A DNA stretch of 11,589 nucleotides from Armatimonadota bacterium (GTDB lineage: Bacteria; Sysuimicrobiota; Sysuimicrobiia; Sysuimicrobiales; Humicultoraceae), in NCBI GenBank assembly GCA_052386995.1, contig JBQTJP010000221.1:1-11589 (forward strand), written 5' to 3'. The notes under the pieces are model-generated. The model searched no databases. It had not been told where the DNA came from and worked only from the letters and a program-made list of their open reading frames with translations. The position numbers were made by a program, and so were the translations under genes. This document shows positions 1 through 6,829 of this stretch, one piece after another. The stretch's first letter is position 1; the number at the start of each line of letters is the position of its first letter.

Positions 1-36
1 GATATCGCGAACAACTGGTACGTGGTGAGGAAGTGA
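1..36 (+). CDS. 3' end of an upstream gene (partial), probably an Rv2258c-like class I SAM-dependent methyltransferase
   Basis: Frame 1 is open from the window edge and reads DIANNWYVVRK-TGA. This resembles the DxxNxYYVxRK C-terminus I recall for Rv2258c-type methyltransferases. Only 11 residues are visible. Confidence 0.5.
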   Translation, partial: DIANNWYVVRK

Positions 37-69
37 GCGCCACAAGGCTAGGGTCATTTTTCTGAAATC

Positions 70-79
70 GAGGGGAAGA
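70..79 (+). promoter_or_regulatory. Shine-Dalgarno site for the ArsM-like gene
   Basis: Purine-rich GAGGGGAAGA just upstream of ATG at 82. Confidence 0.6.
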
Positions 80-81
80 AG

Positions 82-894
82 ATGGCTGAAGAAGTGATCT
101 TGAAATGGTCTGATCAAGACGCGGCCCGCATCGTACGCGAGACGTACGGCGCGGTCGTCCCGGGCGGAGGCACGGGGGTCGCCGACAATCTCTACACCGC
201 CGAAGAACTCGCGCCGCTGCCGGCTCCCGTACGGGAGATGGCCCTGGGCATGGGCAACCCTGTCCGTTACGCCGACCCGCAGATGAGCGAGGTCGTCGTC
301 GACCTGGGGAGCGGCGGTGGTATCGACACCCTGCTTGCCGCGCTGCGCGTGAGACCGACCGGCCGGGCCGTGGGGATCGACTTCACCGAGGCCATGCTGG
401 ACAAAGCTCGGGGCCACGCGGCGATGATGCATCTGACGAACGTGGAGTTCGCCTACGGCACGATGGAAGAGATCCCTCTGCCGGACGCGAGCGCACACGC
501 GATCATCAGCAACGGCGTGATCAACCTGTCAACGAAGAAAGGCCGCGTGTTCGCCGAGTGCTTCCGCGTCCTGCGTCCCGGCGGACGGCTGGTATTCGCC
601 GACTCCGTGATCGACGGCTGTCTACCCAAAGAGGTCCTGGAAAACGAAGCGGCGTATGCAGGTTGACTCGCCGGCACGCTGGCGGAGCTGGCGCTCATCG
701 CAAAGATGGAGAAGGCGGGATTCACACAGATCGAGGTCCTCGGCGAGCGGGTTCCACTCGACAAGGCACGGCTGCGGCTCTATCCGCTGTTCACCGAGGA
801 ATTCCTCGACTGGCTGTTTGAGCGAGTCGGCAGCGCGTCGCCCATCTATACCGTGCATCTGCGGGGAATCAAGCCCCAGGCGTCGCCGGCCTGA
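82..894 (+). CDS. ArsM/AS3MT-like SAM-dependent methyltransferase, predicted selenoprotein (Sec195 at TGA 664-666, 270 aa)
   Basis: ArsM-type motifs: Y-x-x-[24 protein letters not shown] (SAM motif I), [28 protein letters not shown]. The frame continues past the TGA as [25 protein letters not shown]...HLRGIKP, matching the ArsM C-terminal pattern GC(I/L)AGAL...AGF..I.V...A.KP. ORFs 82-666 and 706-894 share a frame with no other stop between them. Confidence 0.85.
677..693 (+). promoter_or_regulatory. Putative bacterial SECIS hairpin
   Basis: CGCUGGC-GGA-GCUGGCG forms a 7-bp stem (5 GC, 2 GU). The apical loop starts with G at 684, with 17 nt between the UGA and the loop, which fits the bacterial SECIS model (G in the first loop positions, about 16-37 nt from UGA). 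Folded by eye. Confidence 0.6.
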
Positions 895-903
895 GCCGGC
901 CGT

Positions 904-1401
904 TTACCCCTGCGTCACGCGGGTCTCGGCCCGGCTGGCCCCTCGCTGGGCAAGGAGGCGCCGCAGCCCCTCTTCCCCGTGCTTCATCATGCTCTCGTGA
1001 TTCCAGGCGAAGAGAGGCTTGAAGAGCGGCGCCAGCACATTGAGGAGCTTCTTGCCCGTGATGACCGTTTCCTCAAAGAATAATCGCGTGCCGCCTCGCT
1101 CGGGGGCGAGCGTCCACTTCATTGACCCGTTTAGGTCGCCTCGCACGCGCACATCCGCTATGCGCGGCGGCTCCTCCCGCACCGCCTCGATCTCAAAGTA
1201 CATGTGGTACGGTAGCACCGCCTTCACGTGGACCGCCACAATCCCACCAGGACCATCAATGTCGTTGCGCTTCGTCGCCTCCAGAAACTCCGTCCACCAG
1301 CGCGGGTAGTCGGCCACTTTCCGAATGATGGGCCACACGTCCTCGATAGGTGCGTCGACAAACCACTGCTCGGTGAAATGATATTCTGTCAGACGGCTCA
1401 T
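904..1401 (-). CDS. SRPBCC/polyketide cyclase-dehydrase (START-fold) family protein, 165 aa
   Basis: MSRLTEYHFTEQWFVDAPIEDVW..I..V..YPRWW, GDLNG..KWTL..ERGGT, PLFAWNH..MM..GE.GL. The start at 1401 has a GGAGG RBS and an ATGA overlap with the upstream stop, so the ORF-track start at 1581 is over-extended. Confidence 0.85.
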   Translation of the reverse strand: MSRLTEYHFTEQWFVDAPIEDVWPIIRKVADYPRWWTEFLEATKRNDIDGPGGIVAVHVKAVLPYHMYFEIEAVREEPPRIADVRVRGDLNGSMKWTLAPERGGTRLFFEETVITGKKLLNVLAPLFKPLFAWNHESMMKHGEEGLRRLLAQRGASRAETRVTQG

Positions 1402-1853
1402 CGTACTTCCTCCAGTTCGGCCCGCATGCCACGGATACACTTGCGGGTGGCGCCTTTGTGAATCAGGTCGAGCATGGGTTTGGCGAGAAAGTCGGGGATC
1501 GGCAGGAGCATCTTCGTGGGAGCGGCACTGGTGTAATACGCGACGCGGGTCGCGCGCTCGCCGTCGGGCTCGAGCGTCCACCGGGCCACGCCCTCCAGGT
1601 CGCCAGAGAGCCGCACTTCAGAGACGCGAAACTCCTCGATGTGCGTGACTTCGAGGACGACGACGAGATCGTAGCCGAACCGCCGGGCTTTCAATTCGCC
1701 GGTGGCGCCGACGCCACGGCCGGGCGTCTTCCAGCGCGCAAAGTCATAGATCTCCCACCAGCGCGGATACCCTTCGAAATCCTCGATGAGCCGCCACACG
1801 GCCTGCACCGGCGCGGCGATTGTCCATGTGTCTTCATACGTCAGCGCTCGCAT
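1398..1853 (-). CDS. SRPBCC (START-fold) family protein, 151 aa, paralog of 904-1401
   Basis: WTIAAPVQAVWRLIEDFEGYPRWW and SGDLEGVARWTLEPDG motifs, plus a C-terminal helix. Confidence 0.82.
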   Translation of the reverse strand: MRALTYEDTWTIAAPVQAVWRLIEDFEGYPRWWEIYDFARWKTPGRGVGATGELKARRFGYDLVVVLEVTHIEEFRVSEVRLSGDLEGVARWTLEPDGERATRVAYYTSAAPTKMLLPIPDFLAKPMLDLIHKGATRKCIRGMRAELEEVR

Positions 1854-1862
1854 GCTCGCCGG

Positions 1863-2717
1863 CTATTCCCCCTTGCTCGGTGCGGGCGCCGGAGGACGGT
1901 AGGGTGCCGGGATGAATTCCACGCCCGGCCGCCGCTGGCGCGCCTGCGGATAGAGCTCCATCAGCTCATAGATCTCGCGCGGCATCTGGTCGTTCACCAG
2001 CAACCCCATGGTCTTCGCCTGATCGTGATTGATCGGATAGTCGTGCGTCCAACGCCCGTCGCTGAGCATCCGCGCGATCTGATCCGCCCGTTCAGGCGTC
2101 TGATGCTCCAGCAGGAGCCCGACGACGGTGTGATGCACCTGTTGAATCGCTTTGCGCGCGATGTCACCCAGGATCAGCGTCTGATCGTCGCGGTTGGGAT
2201 TGTCCTGCTCGAGCGCCTTGAGGATCGAGACGGCGGGATAGTAGCCGCCTTGCTGGCTGCCCAGCTGTGGGTCGACAGGGCCAATCACCGCGTCGGCGTC
2301 CATGACGATCTCGTCTGCCGCCAGCGCCACAAGCGTGCCCCCGGACATCGCGTAGTGGGGGACGAAGACGGTGACCTTCCCCGGATGGCGCTTCAGCGCC
2401 CACGCGATCTGCTCGGAGGCCAGGACGAGCCCGCCCGGCGTGTGCAGGATCAGATCGATGGGCATCTCCGGTTGGGTCAGCCGGATGGCGCGCAGGACCT
2501 GCTCCGAATCTTCGATGTCGATGTACCGCGCGATGGGCAGACCCAGCAGGCTCATGGTCTCCTGGCGGTGGATCATGGTGATCACGCGCGACCGGCGTCG
2601 GGTCTCGAAGGTCCGAATGGCCATCAGCCTGCGCGCGGCCTGCAACCGCTGCTGGATCAGGGGAATGAACACCTGCAGCAAGACAAGAATCCACACGAAG
2701 TTCAGGAAGTCGCCCAT
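1863..2717 (-). CDS. SDH-family (Ser-Asp-His) ClpP/crotonase-fold serine protease with an N-terminal membrane anchor
   Basis: Hydrophobic N-terminus, HRQE, IDIEDSEQVLRAI, DLILHTPGGLVLA, PHYAMSGGT (catalytic Ser), GPVDPQ, WTHDYPI. GGAGGGG RBS. Confidence 0.9.
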   Translation of the reverse strand: MGDFLNFVWILVLLQVFIPLIQQRLQAARRLMAIRTFETRRRSRVITMIHRQETMSLLGLPIARYIDIEDSEQVLRAIRLTQPEMPIDLILHTPGGLVLASEQIAWALKRHPGKVTVFVPHYAMSGGTLVALAADEIVMDADAVIGPVDPQLGSQQGGYYPAVSILKALEQDNPNRDDQTLILGDIARKAIQQVHHTVVGLLLEHQTPERADQIARMLSDGRWTHDYPINHDQAKTMGLLVNDQMPREIYELMELYPQARQRRPGVEFIPAPYRPPAPAPSKGE

Positions 2718-2731
2718 GAACCCCTCCGAGA

Positions 2732-3946
2732 TCAGCTCTCGGCCAGCGCCGGCACGACCTCCCGCCAGGCCGACGCGACCGCGCCCGCAACCCTATCGAC
2801 TTCGTCATCCGTGTGGCTGGCGGTCACGGTGATGCGCAGCCGGCTCGTCCGTGGAGGAACGGCGGGCGAGAGAATCGGAAGGGCGAAAATATCGTGGTCG
2901 AACAAGAACCGAGACATCCGGAGCGCCGCTTCATCATCACCGGTCACCACCGGGACGATCGGGGTGGGATCGTCCGCAACCGGTACGCCCCCCGCGCGCA
3001 GCCGGGTCCGCAACCGCCGGGCGTTGGCCTGCAGGCGCGCCACGCGCTGGGGCTCGGCCTCGATCACGTCGAACGTCGCCGCGGCGGCGGCGGCGCTGGC
3101 GGGCGGGAGCGCCGCGGAGAAGACGAACGCACGGGACGCGTGCTTGAGGTAGGTCACGAGATCGGCCGACCCCGCGATGAACCCACCGGCGGACGGCACG
3201 CTCTTGGACAGCGAGCTCATCTTGATCTGCATCGTGCGCGAGAGCCCGAAGTGCGACTCGACTCCGCGACCGCCCGGACCCAGCACCCCCAGCGAGTGCG
3301 ACTCATCAACCATCAGCCATGCCCGGTGCCGGCGACACACCTCCGTCAACTCGGGCAGATTGATGACATCCCCGTCCATGCTGAACACCGCGTCCACCAC
3401 CACGAGCGCGGACGTGTCGGACGGACGCTTGGCGAGCGCACGATCGACGGCGGGAATGTCGTTGTGGGGCACGCGCACGAACCGGGCACCAGACAGCAGA
3501 CAGCCATCGACGATGCTCGCGTGGTTGAGCTTGTCGCACAGCACGACGTCGCCCCGGCCGACCAGCGCCGAGATCGCCGCGAAGTTCGCGAGGTAGCCGC
3601 TGGAGTACACGACCGCGGCCTCTGCCCCCGTAAACGCCGAGATCCTCTGTTCCAGTCGATCGTGCAGATCGGTATTGCCAGCGAGCAGCCGGACGCCGTG
3701 TGTGCCCGTCCCATAGTCGACGAGCGCCGACTGCGCCGCGGCGTCGATGGCCGGATGTCTGAGCAGTCCCAGGTAGGAATAGGATGAAGCATGAAGCATC
3801 CGCCGGCCGCCGATGGCGACGTACGCGCCATCGACTGACTCGACCGGCTGCAGGTAGAAGTACAGGTTTTGGGCCTGAAACGCGCGGGCGCGGTCCGCGA
3901 GCTCGCGGATCCGCTGCTCGATCTGATCCACCCTGCCGTCCCCCAT
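2732..3946 (-). CDS. PLP-dependent alpha-oxoamine synthase family enzyme (BioF/Kbl/serine palmitoyltransferase-like), specificity unresolved
   Basis: YLGLLRHP, GTGTHGVRLLAG, SSGYLAN, DKLNHASIVDG, DAVFSMDGD, VDESHS, SLSK (PLP lysine), FSAALPP, PAVP...SRLR. Confidence 0.9.
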   Translation of the reverse strand: MGDGRVDQIEQRIRELADRARAFQAQNLYFYLQPVESVDGAYVAIGGRRMLHASSYSYLGLLRHPAIDAAAQSALVDYGTGTHGVRLLAGNTDLHDRLEQRISAFTGAEAAVVYSSGYLANFAAISALVGRGDVVLCDKLNHASIVDGCLLSGARFVRVPHNDIPAVDRALAKRPSDTSALVVVDAVFSMDGDVINLPELTEVCRRHRAWLMVDESHSLGVLGPGGRGVESHFGLSRTMQIKMSSLSKSVPSAGGFIAGSADLVTYLKHASRAFVFSAALPPASAAAAAATFDVIEAEPQRVARLQANARRLRTRLRAGGVPVADDPTPIVPVVTGDDEAALRMSRFLFDHDIFALPILSPAVPPRTSRLRITVTASHTDDEVDRVAGAVASAWREVVPALAES

Positions 3947-4010
3947 CGGCCGCTTCCCGCTTCCGCGGGCGCGTGCTCTCTCCGGCTTCTAGGCGCTGCG
4001 CGGAATCCCT

Positions 4011-4757
4011 CTAGTAGGTCGCTCTTCCGCCGGTAATGTCGAACACCGCGCCCGTGCTGAACGAGCATTCGTCGGAACAGAGCCAGGCGACAATGGCCGC
4101 AACTTCTTCGGGTCGTCCCACGCGCTTCATCGGGATCCGGCTGACCATATACTCGATGTCCTGGGGTCGGACCTGACCCAGCAGCTCCGTCTCGATGACG
4201 GCCGGTGTCACACAGTTCACGAGGATGCCGTCGGTTGCCACTTCTTTCGCCAGGGCCTTGGTGAACGCGATAAGTCCGGCTTTGCTCACGGAGTAAGGAA
4301 TGGCGTTGGGATTGCCTTCCTTGCCGGCCACGGACGCGATATTGACGATCCGACCGTACCGGCGCGCCCGCATGTGCTTGATGACGGCGCGCGTCGTATA
4401 GAACGCGCCCGTGAGATTGACGGCCTGCACGCGATGCCAGGCATCGTCGGTGAGATCCCACAGCGGCATCCACTGCCCGGCGATGCCGGCGTTGTTGACG
4501 AGGATGTCGATGGAACCGCCGGCGCTCAGCAGGCGGCTGACGGCGTCCTCGACCTCGGGTGCGATCGCCACGTCCGCGCGGAGAGGGAACACGTTCCGCC
4601 CGTTTTCGCGAAGCGCCGCGGTGGCGGCCTCGAGGCGTTGCGGGTCGATGTCCAGGAGCCCAACGCGGGCGCCCTCGTGGCTCAGCCTGTCGGCGATCGC
4701 GTACCCGATGCCGCGTGCGGCGCCCGTGACCAGTGCCACCTTGCCAGAAAATCTCAT
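4011..4757 (-). CDS. SDR oxidoreductase, 2-keto-3-deoxy sugar-acid dehydrogenase (LRA5)-like, 248 aa
   Basis: TGAARGIG, NNAG, SVAGKEGNPN, YSVSK, NCVTPA and the C-terminus CSFSTGAVFDITGGRATY, which I recall for the LRA5-like clade. ATG at 4757 has a GGGGAGG RBS, so the ORF-track start at 4967 is over-extended. Confidence 0.88.
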   Translation of the reverse strand: MRFSGKVALVTGAARGIGYAIADRLSHEGARVGLLDIDPQRLEAATAALRENGRNVFPLRADVAIAPEVEDAVSRLLSAGGSIDILVNNAGIAGQWMPLWDLTDDAWHRVQAVNLTGAFYTTRAVIKHMRARRYGRIVNIASVAGKEGNPNAIPYSVSKAGLIAFTKALAKEVATDGILVNCVTPAVIETELLGQVRPQDIEYMVSRIPMKRVGRPEEVAAIVAWLCSDECSFSTGAVFDITGGRATY

Positions 4758-4797
4758 CCCGCGTTCCTCCCCGGCGCGTGGATCGGGTGGAGCGCGC

Positions 4798-5859
4798 TCA
4801 ACGCGACTGGACGGTGAGTGCGCGATCCTGGAGCGGGAGGGCAATGCGCTCACCGCCCCTGGCATGCGACTGGTACACGGCCAGGGCGAGCTCGAGGGCG
4901 GCGCGGCCGTCCTGACCGCTCGACCGGCCGTCGCGGTCGCCTTCGATGCAGGCGATGAGGTCTTCAACCGCGCTGATCAGCGTGCCCTTTGCGCCTTCGC
5001 CGGTGATCTGACGCGCCGTGCGCTCTGTGCAGGGGCCGCCCTGATACCACGGGCGGTCCTCGGGCCGTGACGCCGGCGATTGATACTGCCAGATGGTCAG
5101 CCCTTCCTCGGCCGCGTCAATGAGAATTCTGCCGGCCTCACCCTGCAGCTCGATGCCAAATCCCAGGCCGCTGTCAAGATCGACAAACCCAACCGCGCCG
5201 ATCTGAAAGAGCAGCATGGCGCTGCCCGGCACGTCCTCGACCGCGTCTGGATGGATCTCGCCGCTGACCCACGCGACCCCCCCGCCGAAATACCGCATGA
5301 GATCGAAGAGATGTGTGCCGTTGTGAATGAGAGGCCCGGGACAGATGCCGATAATGCACCGCAACGCGCCGATCGCCCCATCCTGGAGGAGCCGCATGGC
5401 CGTGGTGTACGTCGGATGCCAGCGGCGCGTGTGGTTGATGATCAGCTTGGTCCCCGCACGCCGACAGGCTTCGATCATCGCGTCGGCTTCATGCAGGCTG
5501 GTCGCCATCGCCTTTTCGCACAACACCCCTTTGACGCCGGCCGCCGCCGCGGCGATCGTGACCTCGGCGTGACGGGAAGTGCGCGTGGTCACGCTCACGA
5601 GATCTGGGCGTTCCCGGGTCAGCATCTCCCGGTAGTCGGCGTAGACGGCGCTGACGCCCCATCGGTCCTGCATGAGGCGGCGCTTGGCCTCGTTCGGGTC
5701 GGCGGCTGCCACGAGCCGGATATTCGGCATCCGCCGGTAGGCGCCGGCATGCGTGTCCGGCGGGATACTGTAGTTTATCCGGCAGCGATCCTCATCATCG
5801 AGCGTCGCGGCTTTGCGACCACATCCCACGATGGCCGCTCGATAGAGTCGGGTGCTCAC
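4798..5859 (-). CDS. Gfo/Idh/MocA family NAD(P)-dependent oxidoreductase, 353 aa
   Basis: AAIVGCG, YADYREML..ERPDLVSV.T....H, CEKAMA, NHTRRWHP, HNGTHLFD. GTG start at 5859, 4 bp after the upstream stop. Confidence 0.88.
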   Translation of the reverse strand: MSTRLYRAAIVGCGRKAATLDDEDRCRINYSIPPDTHAGAYRRMPNIRLVAAADPNEAKRRLMQDRWGVSAVYADYREMLTRERPDLVSVTTRTSRHAEVTIAAAAAGVKGVLCEKAMATSLHEADAMIEACRRAGTKLIINHTRRWHPTYTTAMRLLQDGAIGALRCIIGICPGPLIHNGTHLFDLMRYFGGGVAWVSGEIHPDAVEDVPGSAMLLFQIGAVGFVDLDSGLGFGIELQGEAGRILIDAAEEGLTIWQYQSPASRPEDRPWYQGGPCTERTARQITGEGAKGTLISAVEDLIACIEGDRDGRSSGQDGRAALELALAVYQSHARGGERIALPLQDRALTVQSR

Positions 5860-5863
5860 GGGG

Positions 5864-6829
5864 TCACCGCACCCGGGCGGCGGCCACGATGGCTTCCGCC
5901 AGCTCCATCGTGCGCACCGCGTCGTCCAGATCCGCGCCTTCAGGCGTAACCGGCTGCCCCGCGCCGACCCGCGCGATGAAGTGCCTGTCCTCTTCGAAGA
6001 AGCCGTCGGGATCGGTGCGCTCACCCGGCGGCGCCAAGAGCGCACTCCACCGATTGTCCTTGAAGATCCGCCCCTCACGATACGGCGCACCGGCACCGGT
6101 GAGCTCGATCAGCAGCCCTCTTCCATGGATCGAAAGCCGCTCGAGCTTCGTCGTATGGTAGTCGCTGAGCAGCACCCCAATCCCTCCGCCGCGAAAGCGC
6201 AGCAGCGCATGCACGGCGTCGACATAGGGGCTGTAGGACCGCTCGGCCACGGCCTGCACGTCGTCCACCTCGCCGCCCAGAAACCGGAGCAGGTCTACGC
6301 TGTGGATCGTCGTGACGGCGAGCAGCCGCTCGAGGACCGCGGGCTGAAACGTCTGGCCCATGTCGTCCATCAGGAGCGGCTTGAACCATTCCGCGATGAC
6401 GGCCGAGGGCCGGCCCGCCCCGGCCACCGCGCGGGCGGCCGCGACCAGCGGATGGAAGCGACGGTTGAATCCAACCATGGAGATCACGCCTCGCTCGCGC
6501 GCCAGGCGCGCCAGCGCACGCGTCTCCTCCGCGCGAAGACCAGGAGGCTTCTCAACGAACACGTGGAGGCCGCGGTCGAGGCACTGCGTCGCGATCTCGA
6601 CCGTGCTCAAGACGCTGGGAAGGACGTACACGGCCTGCGGGCCGACGCGATCCAGCATGGCACGATAGTCCGTGTACGCTGCCGAGATCCCGTACGCCTG
6701 GGCCGCCGCGGCGAGCCGCGACTCGTCAATGTCGCACACCGCGACCACCGCGGCCTCCTTCATGTGCGAGAGCGCCGGAAGATGATGCCAGGGAGCGCCG
6801 ACACCGATGACGGCGACGCCGACGGCCAT
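5864..6829 (-). CDS. Gfo/Idh/MocA family NAD(P)-dependent oxidoreductase, about 321 aa
   Basis: VAVIGVG, YTDYRAML, HVFVEKPP, VGFNRRFHP, IHSVDLLRF. The start (ATG 6829, or GTG 6832) overlaps the FAH stop codon. Confidence 0.88.
   Translation of the reverse strand: MAVGVAVIGVGAPWHHLPALSHMKEAAVVAVCDIDESRLAAAAQAYGISAAYTDYRAMLDRVGPQAVYVLPSVLSTVEIATQCLDRGLHVFVEKPPGLRAEETRALARLARERGVISMVGFNRRFHPLVAAARAVAGAGRPSAVIAEWFKPLLMDDMGQTFQPAVLERLLAVTTIHSVDLLRFLGGEVDDVQAVAERSYSPYVDAVHALLRFRGGGIGVLLSDYHTTKLERLSIHGRGLLIELTGAGAPYREGRIFKDNRWSALLAPPGERTDPDGFFEEDRHFIARVGAGQPVTPEGADLDDAVRTMELAEAIVAAARVR

Noticed and set aside
34..81. Read-through fusion of the upstream gene with the ArsM-like gene (same frame)
   Set aside because: A TAG follows at 49-51, and the downstream gene has its own RBS.
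664..666. Genome-wide UGA reassignment (code 4 or 25)
   Set aside because: TGA clearly ends many neighbouring genes, including at ATGA/GTGA overlaps (1398, 6829, 8617, 10866), so any recoding is site-specific.
706..894. Stand-alone 62-aa ORF
   Set aside because: It is in frame with 82-666 and encodes the expected ArsM C-terminal motifs, so it is better explained as the post-Sec part of one gene.
885..906. GCCGGC-CTGA-GCCGGC hairpin at the convergent junction as an intrinsic terminator
   Set aside because: The stem is 6 bp and lacks a proper U-tract on either strand, which is too weak to call.
1458..3152. 564-aa plus-strand ORF and other long antisense or alternate-frame ORFs (2813-3787, 3346-4473, 5080-5949, 5852-6886, 8485-9303, 9919-10884)
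   Set aside because: They are shadows of well-supported genes in GC-rich DNA and show no recognisable motifs.
2732..3946. Gene symbols bioF, kbl or spt (and arsM for 82-894, fabG for 4011-4757)
   Set aside because: Family membership is clear, but motifs deviate and pathway context is missing, so specific symbols are unsupported.
4774..4797. Short GCGCG/CGCGC inverted repeat between the Gfo and SDR genes
   Set aside because: A 5-bp GC stem is expected by chance at this composition.
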